DNA from: an uncultured bacterium
Lineage (GTDB): Bacteria; Lernaellota; Lernaellaia; JACKCT01
Reading direction: 5' to 3'
Assembly (NCBI GenBank): GCA_964591275.1
Contig: CAZQAE010000015.1
Span: forward strand, 2,625-66,624
DNA: 64,000 nt
Shown: piece by piece, positions 10,279 to 20,066 of the stretch
Layout of the letters: the number at the start of each line of letters is the position of its first letter
Position numbering within the stretch: the first letter of the stretch is position 1
Made by a program: the position numbers and the translations under genes
Notes under the pieces: model-generated
Databases searched by the model: none
What the model saw: the letters and a program-made list of their open reading frames with translations, nothing else
Told to the model about the DNA's origin: nothing

Positions 10279-11151
10279 ATGACAAGTTCAATGTCCGATT
10301 CCGATGATCGTTTTCTTCGTATTGCAAAACTGGGCAAGCGCTTTGGCGACGGGCAAAATCTCGTGCAGGCTTTCGAAGACCTGGACCTTGATGTCCACAA
10401 GGGCGAGTTCCTGTGTCTGGTCGGCCCTTCGGGCTGCGGCAAGACGACCTTGCTGCGCACGCTGGCCGGCGTGGAGAAGGCGAGCACGGGAAATTTCTCG
10501 GTTGACTGGAGCGACAAAGACAAAACGACGCCCCTGTCGATGGTCTTTCAGCAGCCCGGTCTCTATCCCTGGATGAGCGTCGAGGGCAATCTTCGCTTTG
10601 TGCTCAATGCAAGCCCCATCGAAACCGAACGCCACGATGAGATCATTGCGAGCTTCATCGAGCGCGTGGGTCTGACAAAGTTTCGCAGCTTCCATCCTCA
10701 TCAGCTTTCCGGCGGAATGAAGCAGCGCGTTTCGCTGATACGAGCTTTTTGCGTTTATCCGCAATTGCTGCTGATGGACGAACCTTTCGTTTTTCTCGAC
10801 TACCAAAACCGCATGATACTGCATCAACTTCTTCTCGAACTCTGGCAGGACCAGCGCCAGACCATCATCTTCGTCACGCACAACATCAACGAAGCGGTGA
10901 CGTTGGGCGACCGCGTGATGGTGATGACAGCTAGTCCGGGACGTTTTAAGCGAGAAGTTGTTTGTGATTTCCCGCGACCGCGCGACGTGGTGGAGCTTCG
11001 TAAAAACGCCGATTTCGGCCAGACCGTCGTGGAGATCACGGAGGATTTGAAAGAGGAAATCGAGCGAGCGCAGGCCATGGAAATCGCTGGGCGCGCTGAT
11101 CCTTTCCATATAGACGGCGCCTCGCCCCGCGCGCGTGGATTGGATGTCTGA
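10279..11151 (+). CDS. ABC transporter ATP-binding protein, NitT/TauB/SsuB family
   Basis: GPSGCGKT, LSGGMKQR, LLMDEPF, FVTHN. Confidence 0.93.
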   Translation: MTSSMSDSDDRFLRIAKLGKRFGDGQNLVQAFEDLDLDVHKGEFLCLVGPSGCGKTTLLRTLAGVEKASTGNFSVDWSDKDKTTPLSMVFQQPGLYPWMSVEGNLRFVLNASPIETERHDEIIASFIERVGLTKFRSFHPHQLSGGMKQRVSLIRAFCVYPQLLLMDEPFVFLDYQNRMILHQLLLELWQDQRQTIIFVTHNINEAVTLGDRVMVMTASPGRFKREVVCDFPRPRDVVELRKNADFGQTVVEITEDLKEEIERAQAMEIAGRADPFHIDGASPRARGLDV

Positions 11152-11923
11152 AATGCCGACGTTGCCAAGACGGATAAAAGAACTGCGCTATAAAATCATC
11201 TACGTCGCCAGCCCCATTTTCCTGTTGGCGTTATGGGAATTCAGCGCCCGCATTGGCCTCATCGATGCGCGGTTTTTTCCACCGCCCTCGTTGATCATCG
11301 CGCAGTTCGGCCCGCTTTTTCTGGAAGAAAATTTTCACGTCGATATCGGCTCCTCGATGTGGCGAATCACTGCGGGAGTCGCTCTGGGTTTTATTCCCGG
11401 CGCCATCCTGGGCATGATCATGGGTTTTTCGCGCCTGGCCCAGGCGTTTTTTTCGCCGATTGTGGCGCTCACGTACCCGATTCCCAAAATCGCCATTTTG
11501 CCCCTGCTTTTGATCATCTTTGGCTTAGGCAATATGTCCAACATCATGGTGGTGGCCATCGGTGTTTTCTTTTTGTCGCTCATCAACACGAAAGCCGGCG
11601 TCGCGCAGATCCCGAAAATCCACTTTGAGGTGGCCCGCGTTTTTCGAGTCAGTCGTTCGCAAATATTTCTGCGCATTGTACTGCCCGCCAGCCTCCCCGG
11701 AATTTTTACCGGCTTGAAGCTGGGCGTGGGCTATGGCCTGATCCTCATTGTCGCCGCGGAGATGGTGGCCGCCAACTCGGGGATCGGCTACCGCATTTGG
11801 TTGAGTTGGGAACTCTACTTGATAAAAGACATCTACGCCTGCCTGATCACCATTTCCATCATCGGCATCCTCCTTTCCGTCAGCCTGGACAAGCTCGAAG
11901 AAAAGATCGTCCACTGGAAATAG
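11144..11923 (+). CDS. ABC transporter permease, TauC/SsuC family
   Basis: PPPS, PIPKIAILP, VLPASLPGIFTGLKLG, VAAEM motifs; overlaps upstream stop. Confidence 0.92.
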   Translation: MSEMPTLPRRIKELRYKIIYVASPIFLLALWEFSARIGLIDARFFPPPSLIIAQFGPLFLEENFHVDIGSSMWRITAGVALGFIPGAILGMIMGFSRLAQAFFSPIVALTYPIPKIAILPLLLIIFGLGNMSNIMVVAIGVFFLSLINTKAGVAQIPKIHFEVARVFRVSRSQIFLRIVLPASLPGIFTGLKLGVGYGLILIVAAEMVAANSGIGYRIWLSWELYLIKDIYACLITISIIGILLSVSLDKLEEKIVHWK

Positions 11924-11944
11924 CCATATCGCGTCCCGGCAGTT

Positions 11945-12038
11945 GGTGACTGACATCCATTTGCGGCAAATGGTGTCTGTCATCCAGCCTAATAAAATGG
12001 GATGACAGGCACGCCCGAAGCGGACGATGCCAGTCACT
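11945..12038. repeat. Nested inverted-repeat element (GGTG-C/A-C-T/A-G-T/G-CAC-type REP-like)
   Basis: GTGACTGACATC / GATGCCAGTCAC outer IR; GTGTCTGTCATCC / GGATGACAGGCAC inner IR; CATTTGCGGCAAATG side hairpin. Confidence 0.7.
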
Positions 12039-12162
12039 ATTTTCCGCGCGCCTTTTCACGCATTGTCCGCGCATCGATAATTGTGATATTATCAATCGTT
12101 CGATAATTGGGGCTTTTTGTGTGCGGGATTGTATATTCAATGATCTTGCTTCGGAGGTAATA

Positions 12163-13767
12163 ATGCGCCGCTTATCTTTGATGAAAATTGCACTGGTCGC
12201 TTTGGTGTCCATCCTTTTCGCTTTGCCGCTTTCCTGCGGCGATGATGACGATTCTGCGGATTCCGAGGACAGCGACGCAGACGATGACATTGATGATGAT
12301 ATAAACGACAACTCGGATGACGATGCAAATGACGATTTGAACGATGACATGGATGACGATGTGGACGACGACATGAATGACGATGCAGACGATGACCTAA
12401 ACGACGATTTGAACGATGACGCAGACGACGATGTGGATGACGACACCGACGATGACGCCGATGATGATACACAAGAGTGCATCGATGAGGACGGCGACAC
12501 GTATGGAGAAAATTGCCACGCCGGTCCAGATTGCGACGACACGGATTTTCTAATCCACCCCGGCGCTCCGGAATTGCCCGACGATGGCATTGATCAAAAT
12601 TGCGATGACTTCGATCTGTTGCTAGGAGATGACACAGGTGTATTTGTTGCGAAAACGGGTAATGATGCGAATCTCGGCACCATGGTCGCTCCCAAGTTAA
12701 CGATCAATGCAGGCACGACTCTTGCTGCACAAACGAGCAAATCAGCCTTCATCGCCGAAGGGGATTATTCTGAAGATGTGGAAACACAAGTCTCACTCTT
12801 CGGAGGTTATGAGTCTGCAGGCTGGACAAGGGATATTGAAAACAACGTTACATTGATAAACGCTTTGTTGTCCGCAGCCGTATCAGTGAGCGAGAACCCG
12901 AACCAGGATCGATGTGACAACTCGGATGGTAGTAGGGATGATGTGAAGGCAGATAATCCAATCCACGTAGCTATTCAAGGGTTTACCATCGACGGCGGAT
13001 CACCAAATGGATACTACACTGCCAGCGTAGGCTTGGCCAACCAAGGAGCGGCAATGCTGGCTAATAATACAATAAATGGCGGATCAGGAGGTGCTAATAG
13101 TTACGGTGTATTCAATGATGGTTATTTGACATTTCTTAACAATCGCATTAACGGCGGATCCGGAGACTGGAGCCAAGGTGTGTTTAGTATACGGGGCACA
13201 ATGGTTTTAGTGAATAATATAATCGACGGCGGATCTGGAATCTCATCTAGCTGCGGTGTGAGCAACTCCGATACTTTAATATTGGCGAATAATTTCATCA
13301 ACGGCGGCTCGGGAAGCATTGTCAGTATCGGTATTATGAACATCTTAGGCGTTGCCACACTGACAAATAACATTATAAGCGGCGGATCGGGAAACACTAG
13401 CTACGGCATTAATAACGGCTGGCCCGACTCGGTTGAGCTAGTGAATAACAATATCTGGGGAGAACAACAGGACTATCTAATGCTCAGCGATTCGACATAC
13501 ATCACATTGCTCGCAGAAATAAATAATTGCGCCTGGGCCGGTTGCGCCGTGGCGTCGAGTAACATCAGCGAAAATCCGCTCTTTATAGATCCGGCCAGCG
13601 ATGATTTTCATCTTCAGAATTCAAGCCCATGCATCGATACCGGCATTGATCCGGTGGCTTACATCAATAATTCGAGTTATTTACACATCGATTTCGAAGG
13701 CGATCCCCGCCCCCTTGGCGCCGGTTGGGACATCGGCCCAGATGAGTGGTGGCCGGCAAGCGAGTGA
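12163..13767 (+). CDS. Asp-rich lipoprotein with MopE-like metal-binding motif and parallel beta-helix
   Basis: GGAGGT RBS; lipobox PLSC; (DDDx)n; [21 protein letters not shown]; [10 protein letters not shown]; NNxIxGGSG repeats; C-terminal [22 protein letters not shown]. Confidence 0.85.
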   Translation: MRRLSLMKIALVALVSILFALPLSCGDDDDSADSEDSDADDDIDDDINDNSDDDANDDLNDDMDDDVDDDMNDDADDDLNDDLNDDADDDVDDDTDDDADDDTQECIDEDGDTYGENCHAGPDCDDTDFLIHPGAPELPDDGIDQNCDDFDLLLGDDTGVFVAKTGNDANLGTMVAPKLTINAGTTLAAQTSKSAFIAEGDYSEDVETQVSLFGGYESAGWTRDIENNVTLINALLSAAVSVSENPNQDRCDNSDGSRDDVKADNPIHVAIQGFTIDGGSPNGYYTASVGLANQGAAMLANNTINGGSGGANSYGVFNDGYLTFLNNRINGGSGDWSQGVFSIRGTMVLVNNIIDGGSGISSSCGVSNSDTLILANNFINGGSGSIVSIGIMNILGVATLTNNIISGGSGNTSYGINNGWPDSVELVNNNIWGEQQDYLMLSDSTYITLLAEINNCAWAGCAVASSNISENPLFIDPASDDFHLQNSSPCIDTGIDPVAYINNSSYLHIDFEGDPRPLGAGWDIGPDEWWPASE

Positions 13768-13787
13768 TGAATGATGAATGCTGAGTT

Positions 13788-13903
13788 GTAGGAGCGGCTT
13801 CCAGCCGCGATTAGCCCTTTAGGGCGAAACAGTAATAGCCCTGTGCGTCAGCGCGGGGGAAAGATGATCCGCAACAATTTTCAAAGCCCGTTTTAACGGG
13901 CGA
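13788..13903 (+). repeat. GTAG-type REP followed by a half copy of the 9976-10185 element
   Basis: GTAGGAGCGGCTTCCAGCCGCGAT, then AGCCCTTTAGGGCGA, AATAGCCCTGTGCGTCAGCGCGGG, AAAGCCCGTTTTAACGGGCGA in the same order as 9976-10064. Confidence 0.7.
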
Positions 13904-13926
13904 CAGATTGCAGCGCGCTTCACGAA

Positions 13927-15177
13927 TCATAGAAACAAAGACACGATATATGCCACGGATAGCACCGTGAGAAATGCCACCGTCGTCACGCAGAAGTAAT
14001 TATAAATCCTGCCATTCGTATGCGTACCCATGATCTTCGAGTCGTTGACCAGAATCAGAATGAAGACAAGGACGATCGGCAGGAGGATGCCGTTGACCAC
14101 CTGCGAGACGATGATCATGTCGATAAACGAACGTCCGGGCAAAAGCACGAAGAATGCGCCGAGGATAATTGATGCGACGTAGAGGAAATAAAACTGCGGC
14201 GCCTCGCCGTAGCGTTTGTTCACGCCGCGTTCCCAGCCCATCGCCTCGCAGATCGTGTACGCTGTGGCCAGCGGCAAAACGCACGCGGCGTACATGGAGG
14301 CGTTGAACAGGCCGAAGGCGAAAAGATGCCGCGCCCAGTTTCCCATCAGCGGCGCCAGCGCCGTGGCGGCTTCGCCGGCGTTGTTGACCTCGATGCCCGC
14401 GGGATGCAGCGTCATGGCGCAGGTGATGACAATGCACAGGGCCACGAAGTTGACGAAGACGCTGCCGAATATTGTATCCGCCCTGGAATACGCCGCGTCC
14501 TCTATATCTATTCCCTTTTCCACGACGCTCGACTGCTGAAAGAAGGCCATCCACGGTGCGGTCGTCGTGCCGAACAGGGCCAGCACGATGAGGATGTATG
14601 CTTTGGAGGGAATCCATTTGGGAATCAGCAGGGCCTTTGCAACCTCGACGGGATCGGGCTTGACCATGTATCCGGCGACCAGGTACGTGATGTAGAAAAA
14701 AGCCGCGACCAAAAAGACTTTTTCGACGGATTTATAATCCCAGCGCAGCACCAGGCCGATCACCGCCGCCGCGCATATCGGCACGACCAATAGCGGCGGC
14801 GCGCCCACCAGTTCAGCGGAAGCCGCAACGCCGGCGAACTCGGCCATGATTGTGCGGAAGTTGACGAAGAGCAGCGCCATCATCAGGTAGAAAGTGGTTT
14901 TGACGCCGAAGCGTTCGCGGATCATGGACGACAGGCCGTCGCCGGTGACCACGCCCATGCGGTTGGCCATTTCCTGCACCATGATCAGGATGATTGTCAG
15001 CGGCACAAATATCCACAAAATGTCGAAGCCGAACAGCGCCCCGGCGCGGCTGTACGTGGCTAGGCCGCCGGCGTCGTTGCCCACGCTCAAGGTGATGATG
15101 CCCGGACCCAGAACCGCCGCGAACACGGCGAGCCGGGCGTAGAGGGATTTCACCGATTTTTTCTTTTCATTCGACAT
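13927..15177 (-). CDS. NRAMP-family divalent metal transporter (likely Mg2+-type branch)
   Basis: GPGII..NDAGGLATYS, QEMANRMGVVTG, GTTTAPW; DAGG rather than DPGN; operonic with an MgtE-N/CBS protein. Confidence 0.88.
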   Translation of the reverse strand: MSNEKKKSVKSLYARLAVFAAVLGPGIITLSVGNDAGGLATYSRAGALFGFDILWIFVPLTIILIMVQEMANRMGVVTGDGLSSMIRERFGVKTTFYLMMALLFVNFRTIMAEFAGVAASAELVGAPPLLVVPICAAAVIGLVLRWDYKSVEKVFLVAAFFYITYLVAGYMVKPDPVEVAKALLIPKWIPSKAYILIVLALFGTTTAPWMAFFQQSSVVEKGIDIEDAAYSRADTIFGSVFVNFVALCIVITCAMTLHPAGIEVNNAGEAATALAPLMGNWARHLFAFGLFNASMYAACVLPLATAYTICEAMGWERGVNKRYGEAPQFYFLYVASIILGAFFVLLPGRSFIDMIIVSQVVNGILLPIVLVFILILVNDSKIMGTHTNGRIYNYFCVTTVAFLTVLSVAYIVSLFL

Positions 15178-15252
15178 GACAAACCGTTTTTCAAAGGCTA
15201 AGGGCTGAGTCGGCCTGGCGTTTTGTCTCACCCTGAACCCTAGACCCTGAAT

Positions 15253-16542
15253 CTACGCCGCTTCCTTGTGGTAGAAGGGGATCAACTCGTCGAAGCTATG
15301 CTGGAACGTGATGATGCCTTGCACTTTACTGTCTTCATCCAAGACGGGAAGCGCGAGGAAGTTGTATTTATGAAACTGCCTGGCCACTTCAACCCACTCG
15401 TCATCCAGTTGCACCGAGATCAGCCGATCTCCCGCCAATTCGTTCAAAGGCGTTTCCGGTTTGGAGATGATAAGACTGCGTAGCGAGACCACGCCCTGTA
15501 GATGATCGCTTCCATCCACCAGGAAGGCATAGTGGATAAGTTCGACGGTTTCCGATGAGGCGCGGATCAGTCGCAGGGCGTCGGCAACGGTGGCTGTTGG
15601 CGAGAGCGCAATGTAGTCCGTTGTCATCAGGGCGCCGGCGGTTTCTTTTTCGCTGAAGGTCTGGAGTTTTTCCAGTTCCTCTCTTTCTTCTTCCACCATG
15701 CGGGATTTGATGATTTCCTGCTGCTTCTCGGGTATGTCCTCTAAGATGTCCGCAGCGACGGAAGGCTCGATCTCTTCCATGATATCCGCAGCGACTTCGG
15801 GGTCGAGGTCCTGCATGATGGCCGCGCCCAACTCGGGCTCGACTTCTTCGAGCGCCTCGGCGGCGGCCTCAATGTCCAGCGAGTGCAGCAGCGCCACACG
15901 CTCGTCTTTGTCCAGGTCCTCAAGAATGTCGGCCATCTCGCCGGGATGCAAAGACTTCAATTCCGCATGATCGACGCGCAATCGTACGGGACCGGGTCCG
16001 CCGCCTTCCTCCAGGGTCTGAACGTGCTTCCAGGATATCATGTCGTCGGCAAGCGATTTTCCGAAAATCCCTGCAACGCCGCGAGCGACGCCCGCAAATC
16101 CCAGTCGGCGCAAAAGACCAGTAAAACCCACATCAACGTGCACAACGTAGGTACGCCCCTGAAGGACTAGAAGCTGGACATCGTTGATGCGCTCGACTTT
16201 CGCGCCCTGCGTGTCAACGACCTGCTTGTCCATCAAAACGTCCTTGAGGCTGAAGCGGCTGTCGTTGCCGAACGCGTACTCTGTTTCAGGCAAAGGAAGC
16301 GAAACTCGGCCCTTGGGCATTTTATCCCAGTCCCCGATCTGCATCATGGGCGCGTAATAATCCCGCTTGTTTCTACGAACAACAAGGCCTTCGACTTCTG
16401 GATAGGGCTCGGCGCGTGTAACGATAAGATCCTTGATTCTGCCGCCTTTTTTCCCATCGGATCTCACGGCGCGGCCTATGAGCTGCGATGCAAAGCCGAA
16501 TCTGTAGCCGTGCCCGTTTTCGTGCATAATTGTTTGGGCCAT
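15253..16542 (-). CDS. PRC-barrel + MgtE N-terminal + CBS-pair protein (soluble, no MgtE TM domain)
   Basis: DKQVVDTQGAKVERINDV, LHPGEMADILEDL, TAGALMTTDY, CBS pair; no hydrophobic C-terminal domain. Confidence 0.88.
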   Translation of the reverse strand: MAQTIMHENGHGYRFGFASQLIGRAVRSDGKKGGRIKDLIVTRAEPYPEVEGLVVRRNKRDYYAPMMQIGDWDKMPKGRVSLPLPETEYAFGNDSRFSLKDVLMDKQVVDTQGAKVERINDVQLLVLQGRTYVVHVDVGFTGLLRRLGFAGVARGVAGIFGKSLADDMISWKHVQTLEEGGGPGPVRLRVDHAELKSLHPGEMADILEDLDKDERVALLHSLDIEAAAEALEEVEPELGAAIMQDLDPEVAADIMEEIEPSVAADILEDIPEKQQEIIKSRMVEEEREELEKLQTFSEKETAGALMTTDYIALSPTATVADALRLIRASSETVELIHYAFLVDGSDHLQGVVSLRSLIISKPETPLNELAGDRLISVQLDDEWVEVARQFHKYNFLALPVLDEDSKVQGIITFQHSFDELIPFYHKEAA

Positions 16543-16732
16543 TATATGCCTCCCCGGCGGCGCGAGGCTTTTAGTATCCTCGCTGTTTCCGCCTTTGAAA
16601 ACCGTTAATTTTTCACGGTCGAATGCAAAGATCGACCAGGCGAAAAAAACGCATTTCGACGCCTGTGACCAAGCAAAACGGCAATGGCGCTGGTAGATGG
16701 CGGACCAGGAAAGTTAGGGGGAGGAGGATGCG

Positions 16733-16822
16733 TTATCGAAGTGAATAATCCCCACGTTCGAAAACGAGTCCGACCAAGCCCCTACCTGGAGGCTGGTCAC
16801 TGCTACTTGCGCCTTCGTCCAT
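16733..16822 (-). promoter_or_regulatory. Candidate leader peptide / structured leader of the Mg/Mn transport operon
   Basis: GGAGA RBS, MDEGASSSDQPPGRGLVGLVFERGDYSLR*; hairpin AGTGACCAGCCTCCAGGTAGGGGCTTGGTCGGACT at 16767-16801. Confidence 0.5.
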
Positions 16823-16885
16823 GGAATTCTCCACAATGGGTTTAATCCAAAACGCTACGCAAGGCGCGGCGCATCCAACAAGAGC

Positions 16886-16914
16886 ATTTAAGCGCCAATG
16901 TGAAGGCCTGTCAA
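16886..16914 (-). promoter_or_regulatory. Sigma70-like promoter for the MgtE-N/NRAMP operon
   Basis: TTGACA-17 nt-TTAAAT on minus strand. Confidence 0.5.
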
Positions 16915-16996
16915 TCAGCGAAAGCGAGTGCGGAAGTCGCCCCTGATTTGTTGACAATTATTCCAGTATAACTATATTCCTATTAGGCAATAACCG

Positions 16997-17311
16997 TTGG
17001 AGGCGATTGCAGTGCCGAAAAACCTGATGAAACCGTTTACTGAGGAGCAGTCGAAAGAGATTGCCGAGATTCTCAAGGCCGTCGGGCATCCCGTGCGCCT
17101 TAGAATCATCGATGCCCTTTCCATAGAGGAGATCTGCGTCGGGCAATTGGCTGAAATGCTGGAGCAGAAGCAGGCTGTCGTTTCTCAGCAGCTAAAGACT
17201 CTTCGGCTCGTTGGCTTGGTGAAATCGAAGAGGCGTTGCGGCAAATCATACTATAGCCTGAACAACCCGCATCTTCTGGAACTTTTGAAATGCATGCGTC
17301 GGTGCACCTGA
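16997..17311 (+). CDS. ArsR/SmtB family transcriptional regulator
   Basis: LKAVGHPVRLRII, ICVGQLAE, VSQQLKTLR..GLV. Confidence 0.92.
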   Translation: MEAIAVPKNLMKPFTEEQSKEIAEILKAVGHPVRLRIIDALSIEEICVGQLAEMLEQKQAVVSQQLKTLRLVGLVKSKRRCGKSYYSLNNPHLLELLKCMRRCT

Positions 17312-17566
17312 GCGGATATATTATGATTGGCAAAGCAAAAGCGCACTATTTGCCGGATGAAAAAACCGGCGGCACAATTTGGCGAAAGTGGAGTGAATTA
17401 TGGAAATTTTAATGATTGGCGTATTTTTACTTGGCTGGCTGCTGTTGCAGCTTGTGATACTGCCGCGTTTGGGTGTATCCACCTGAATGCGCCCCGATTG
17501 CCGCCCGTCGGGCGGACAAAAAAACAACGGCGGCGACGATTACGAAAAAAATAAGGACAGCAAATA

Positions 17567-17767
17567 ATGCCTATGTATGTTTATAAATGCAAAGACTGCG
17601 GACAGGTTTTCGAGAAGTTGGTTGCCGTGTCCTCGGCTCACGAAACTCAGCCCTGCAAGCACTGCTCATCCAAGAATACGGAAAAGCAAATCGCTTCGCT
17701 CAGCTCTTTTTCTAAAAAAGGTGGCGATTCGGGCGGCGGATGCGCCCCGAGCAGCGGCTTCAGTTGA
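17567..17767 (+). CDS. FmdB-family zinc ribbon protein
   Basis: MPMYVYKCKDCG..FE..CKHCSS; AAGGA RBS. Confidence 0.88.
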   Translation: MPMYVYKCKDCGQVFEKLVAVSSAHETQPCKHCSSKNTEKQIASLSSFSKKGGDSGGGCAPSSGFS

Positions 17768-17902
17768 GCATGACGCTAAGTTCGCCGTGCGCGAATGGCC
17801 GATTTTAGCGAGATCCCAATTCATTGAAACGCTGGATTTTTCAATAGTTCAATGTAGTATCGTTTTTGTATGCGCGTATGACCACGATTCGCGAGGATAC
17901 AA

Positions 17903-18253
17903 ATGATTTTTTCGCCAGCTCGTTTCAGGAATATTTTTAGGATGCTCAGTCTGATTTTATCAATCACCGCCCTTGCCGTATGTTTCTGGTTTTCGCTGTC
18001 ATGCGACGATGACGACGATGATGATGACAACGACGATGGCGACGATGACGACGATGACGACGACGTTTCCGCCGAGGACAAAGCGGAAATCGCCTGCCGA
18101 AAAATTGACGAGTGTGGATTCACCGGCGATCTCGGGATAAGCGATTGCGAAGATTATGCCGATGGCCTCAGTGATTGGCTCATGCAGTGCGCACTAGGCG
18201 CCAAGGGCTGCGGTGATCTGGCCGAGTGCTTCAACATCCCCGAAGGGCAGTGA
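17903..18253 (+). CDS. Small Asp-rich lipoprotein with Cys-rich domain
   Basis: Lipobox SLSC followed by a poly-Asp run, then a 6-Cys domain; start may be 17942. Confidence 0.75.
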   Translation: MIFSPARFRNIFRMLSLILSITALAVCFWFSLSCDDDDDDDDNDDGDDDDDDDDVSAEDKAEIACRKIDECGFTGDLGISDCEDYADGLSDWLMQCALGAKGCGDLAECFNIPEGQ

Positions 18254-18445
18254 AACCCCTGCCAAAAGATATTTGAAAACCCCAAACCCACTTTTGTGAC
18301 GCAGACCCTCAAATCGGCAAGTCATTCCACGCATCTTGGGGAAAAGTGTTATTGTGTCTTTTGGCAGTGAGAGATGTTTTTTCAAAACAGACCTTCCCTA
18401 AAGCGCCAGTCGCGAATATCCCCATTCACAGGACTTTTTTAAGCC

Positions 18446-19912
18446 ATGAAATATTTGAAATTTAACGCGACCCTGATTTGCACTATTCTGATTTTCTTTA
18501 CTGCTGCAGCGCAGTCCGCAATGCTTTCCACGTCCCCGGAGACACTGGTTGAAAGCGCCGATGTCATCGTGCGCGGCTTTGTCGTCGCCACGCGAACCGC
18601 GCCGGGCGAGCGCGTGGGCGACATCGAAACGCTTGTGGATGTCCACATTGCCGAAAGCATCAAAGGGCAGGCTCCGCCGGATTTCACGCTGACTGTTCCG
18701 GGCGGCGCTTTGGACGGGGAATTTTATTTCATCACCAATTATCCCGACTTCGAACAGGGCCAGGAGGTCGTTCTTTTTCTGAACGAATCCCTGGAAAAGC
18801 TTGTCGGTCAAATAATGGGAAAAGCAACGCTGGAATCCGGCATGGTCGCGGAAACGATGCTCGGCGCCGAAGAGTATGTCAAATCGCTCAAGCGCATGGC
18901 CAGAGGCCAGGCGCCGATTGTGGATATTGATGCGCATTTTGCGCCGTCCTCCTCCATTGACGGATATGTCCGACGACTGGGCGGAAAATTTGCCTACGAT
19001 GGTCTGCATTGGGATTCCCACAGCGTCCAAATCTATATCAACGAAAACTGCTCTGACACTTCAGGAGAAGGCGACGCCATCCGCCGGTCGATGAGCACAT
19101 GGAATTCCACCCCCGCTGATTTTCGTTTCATAGACAACGGTACGCATTCCCGCAATCAGACCGAGCTTAATAACCGCAACGAAGTGATGTGGGGTTCGGG
19201 TGATTCCGAACAGGCTATCGCGTACACGGCTATTTGGGGTTACGACGACAACACCATCGCTGAATGCGACATGCTGTTTTTGGACTCTTATAACTGGTCG
19301 GCGCAGGGAAATCCCGGATACAACGAGATGGACGTTCAAAACATCGCCACGCACGAATTTGGGCACTATCTTTGTCTCCTGGACCTCTATAATAACTGGG
19401 ATTCGGAAAAGACCATGTATGGCTATGGCCAGACGGGCGAAACGCAAAGCCGCACTTTGCATCAGGACGACATCGATGGCATCGTTCATATCTACGGTTC
19501 AGGCCCATCCACCGATGATGATTCCGACGACGACGATTCCGACGACGACAGCGATGACGACAGCGACGATGATTGGTGGTCGGATGACGATGACGATGAC
19601 GATGACGACGATGCGTGGTCGCCGGATGACGATAGCGAAACCGACTGCGGATCCATCCTCTCGCTTTTATACGAGGACTGCGGATATTACATCGTCGCAT
19701 CAGGCAACCAGTGGACCGGTGCCGAGGCCATGGACGCCTGCGAGCAGGGAAACAGTTCATGGGATTGCGTCATGGAATGTTCGACCAACGACAACGTGAG
19801 CAATTGTTCGACTTTCACTCAATGCTTCGAAAGCGTTTGCGGCGTCATCACAGCTAACGGCGATAGCTCAGGCGATGATGACACCGCAGGCCAGGGCAGT
19901 TGCGGTTGTTGA
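18446..19912 (+). CDS. Secreted matrixin-like (metzincin) metalloprotease with Asp-rich linker and terminal CGC
   Basis: SPI-type signal; DVQNIATHEFGHYLCLLD; Met-turn KTMYG; LHQDDIDG; ends GDDDTAGQGSCGC*. Confidence 0.85.
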   Translation: MKYLKFNATLICTILIFFTAAAQSAMLSTSPETLVESADVIVRGFVVATRTAPGERVGDIETLVDVHIAESIKGQAPPDFTLTVPGGALDGEFYFITNYPDFEQGQEVVLFLNESLEKLVGQIMGKATLESGMVAETMLGAEEYVKSLKRMARGQAPIVDIDAHFAPSSSIDGYVRRLGGKFAYDGLHWDSHSVQIYINENCSDTSGEGDAIRRSMSTWNSTPADFRFIDNGTHSRNQTELNNRNEVMWGSGDSEQAIAYTAIWGYDDNTIAECDMLFLDSYNWSAQGNPGYNEMDVQNIATHEFGHYLCLLDLYNNWDSEKTMYGYGQTGETQSRTLHQDDIDGIVHIYGSGPSTDDDSDDDDSDDDSDDDSDDDWWSDDDDDDDDDDAWSPDDDSETDCGSILSLLYEDCGYYIVASGNQWTGAEAMDACEQGNSSWDCVMECSTNDNVSNCSTFTQCFESVCGVITANGDSSGDDDTAGQGSCGC

Positions 19913-20066
19913 GATAAGTTCAGAATTTAAACGATAGAATTTAGACATTTGAAGTTTGATCTTAAAAATCAAACCCGCCGCTGAAATCCGCTTGACGCCA
20001 TTTGCGGCGTCCTCCTACACTTATTACGCGCAATCGGCTTGTAATTAGTGCTGTGATGGAGGCGCG

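Noticed and set aside
12241-12470. Asp-codon arrays as CRISPR or non-coding tandem repeats
   Set aside because: In-frame coding low-complexity sequence with no repeat-spacer structure
15231-15251. CCCTGAA/CCCTAGA heptamer run
   Set aside because: Only three imperfect units; too short to interpret
17327-17554. 75-aa ORF between arsR and fmdB
   Set aside because: No RBS or recognisable motif; probably intergenic
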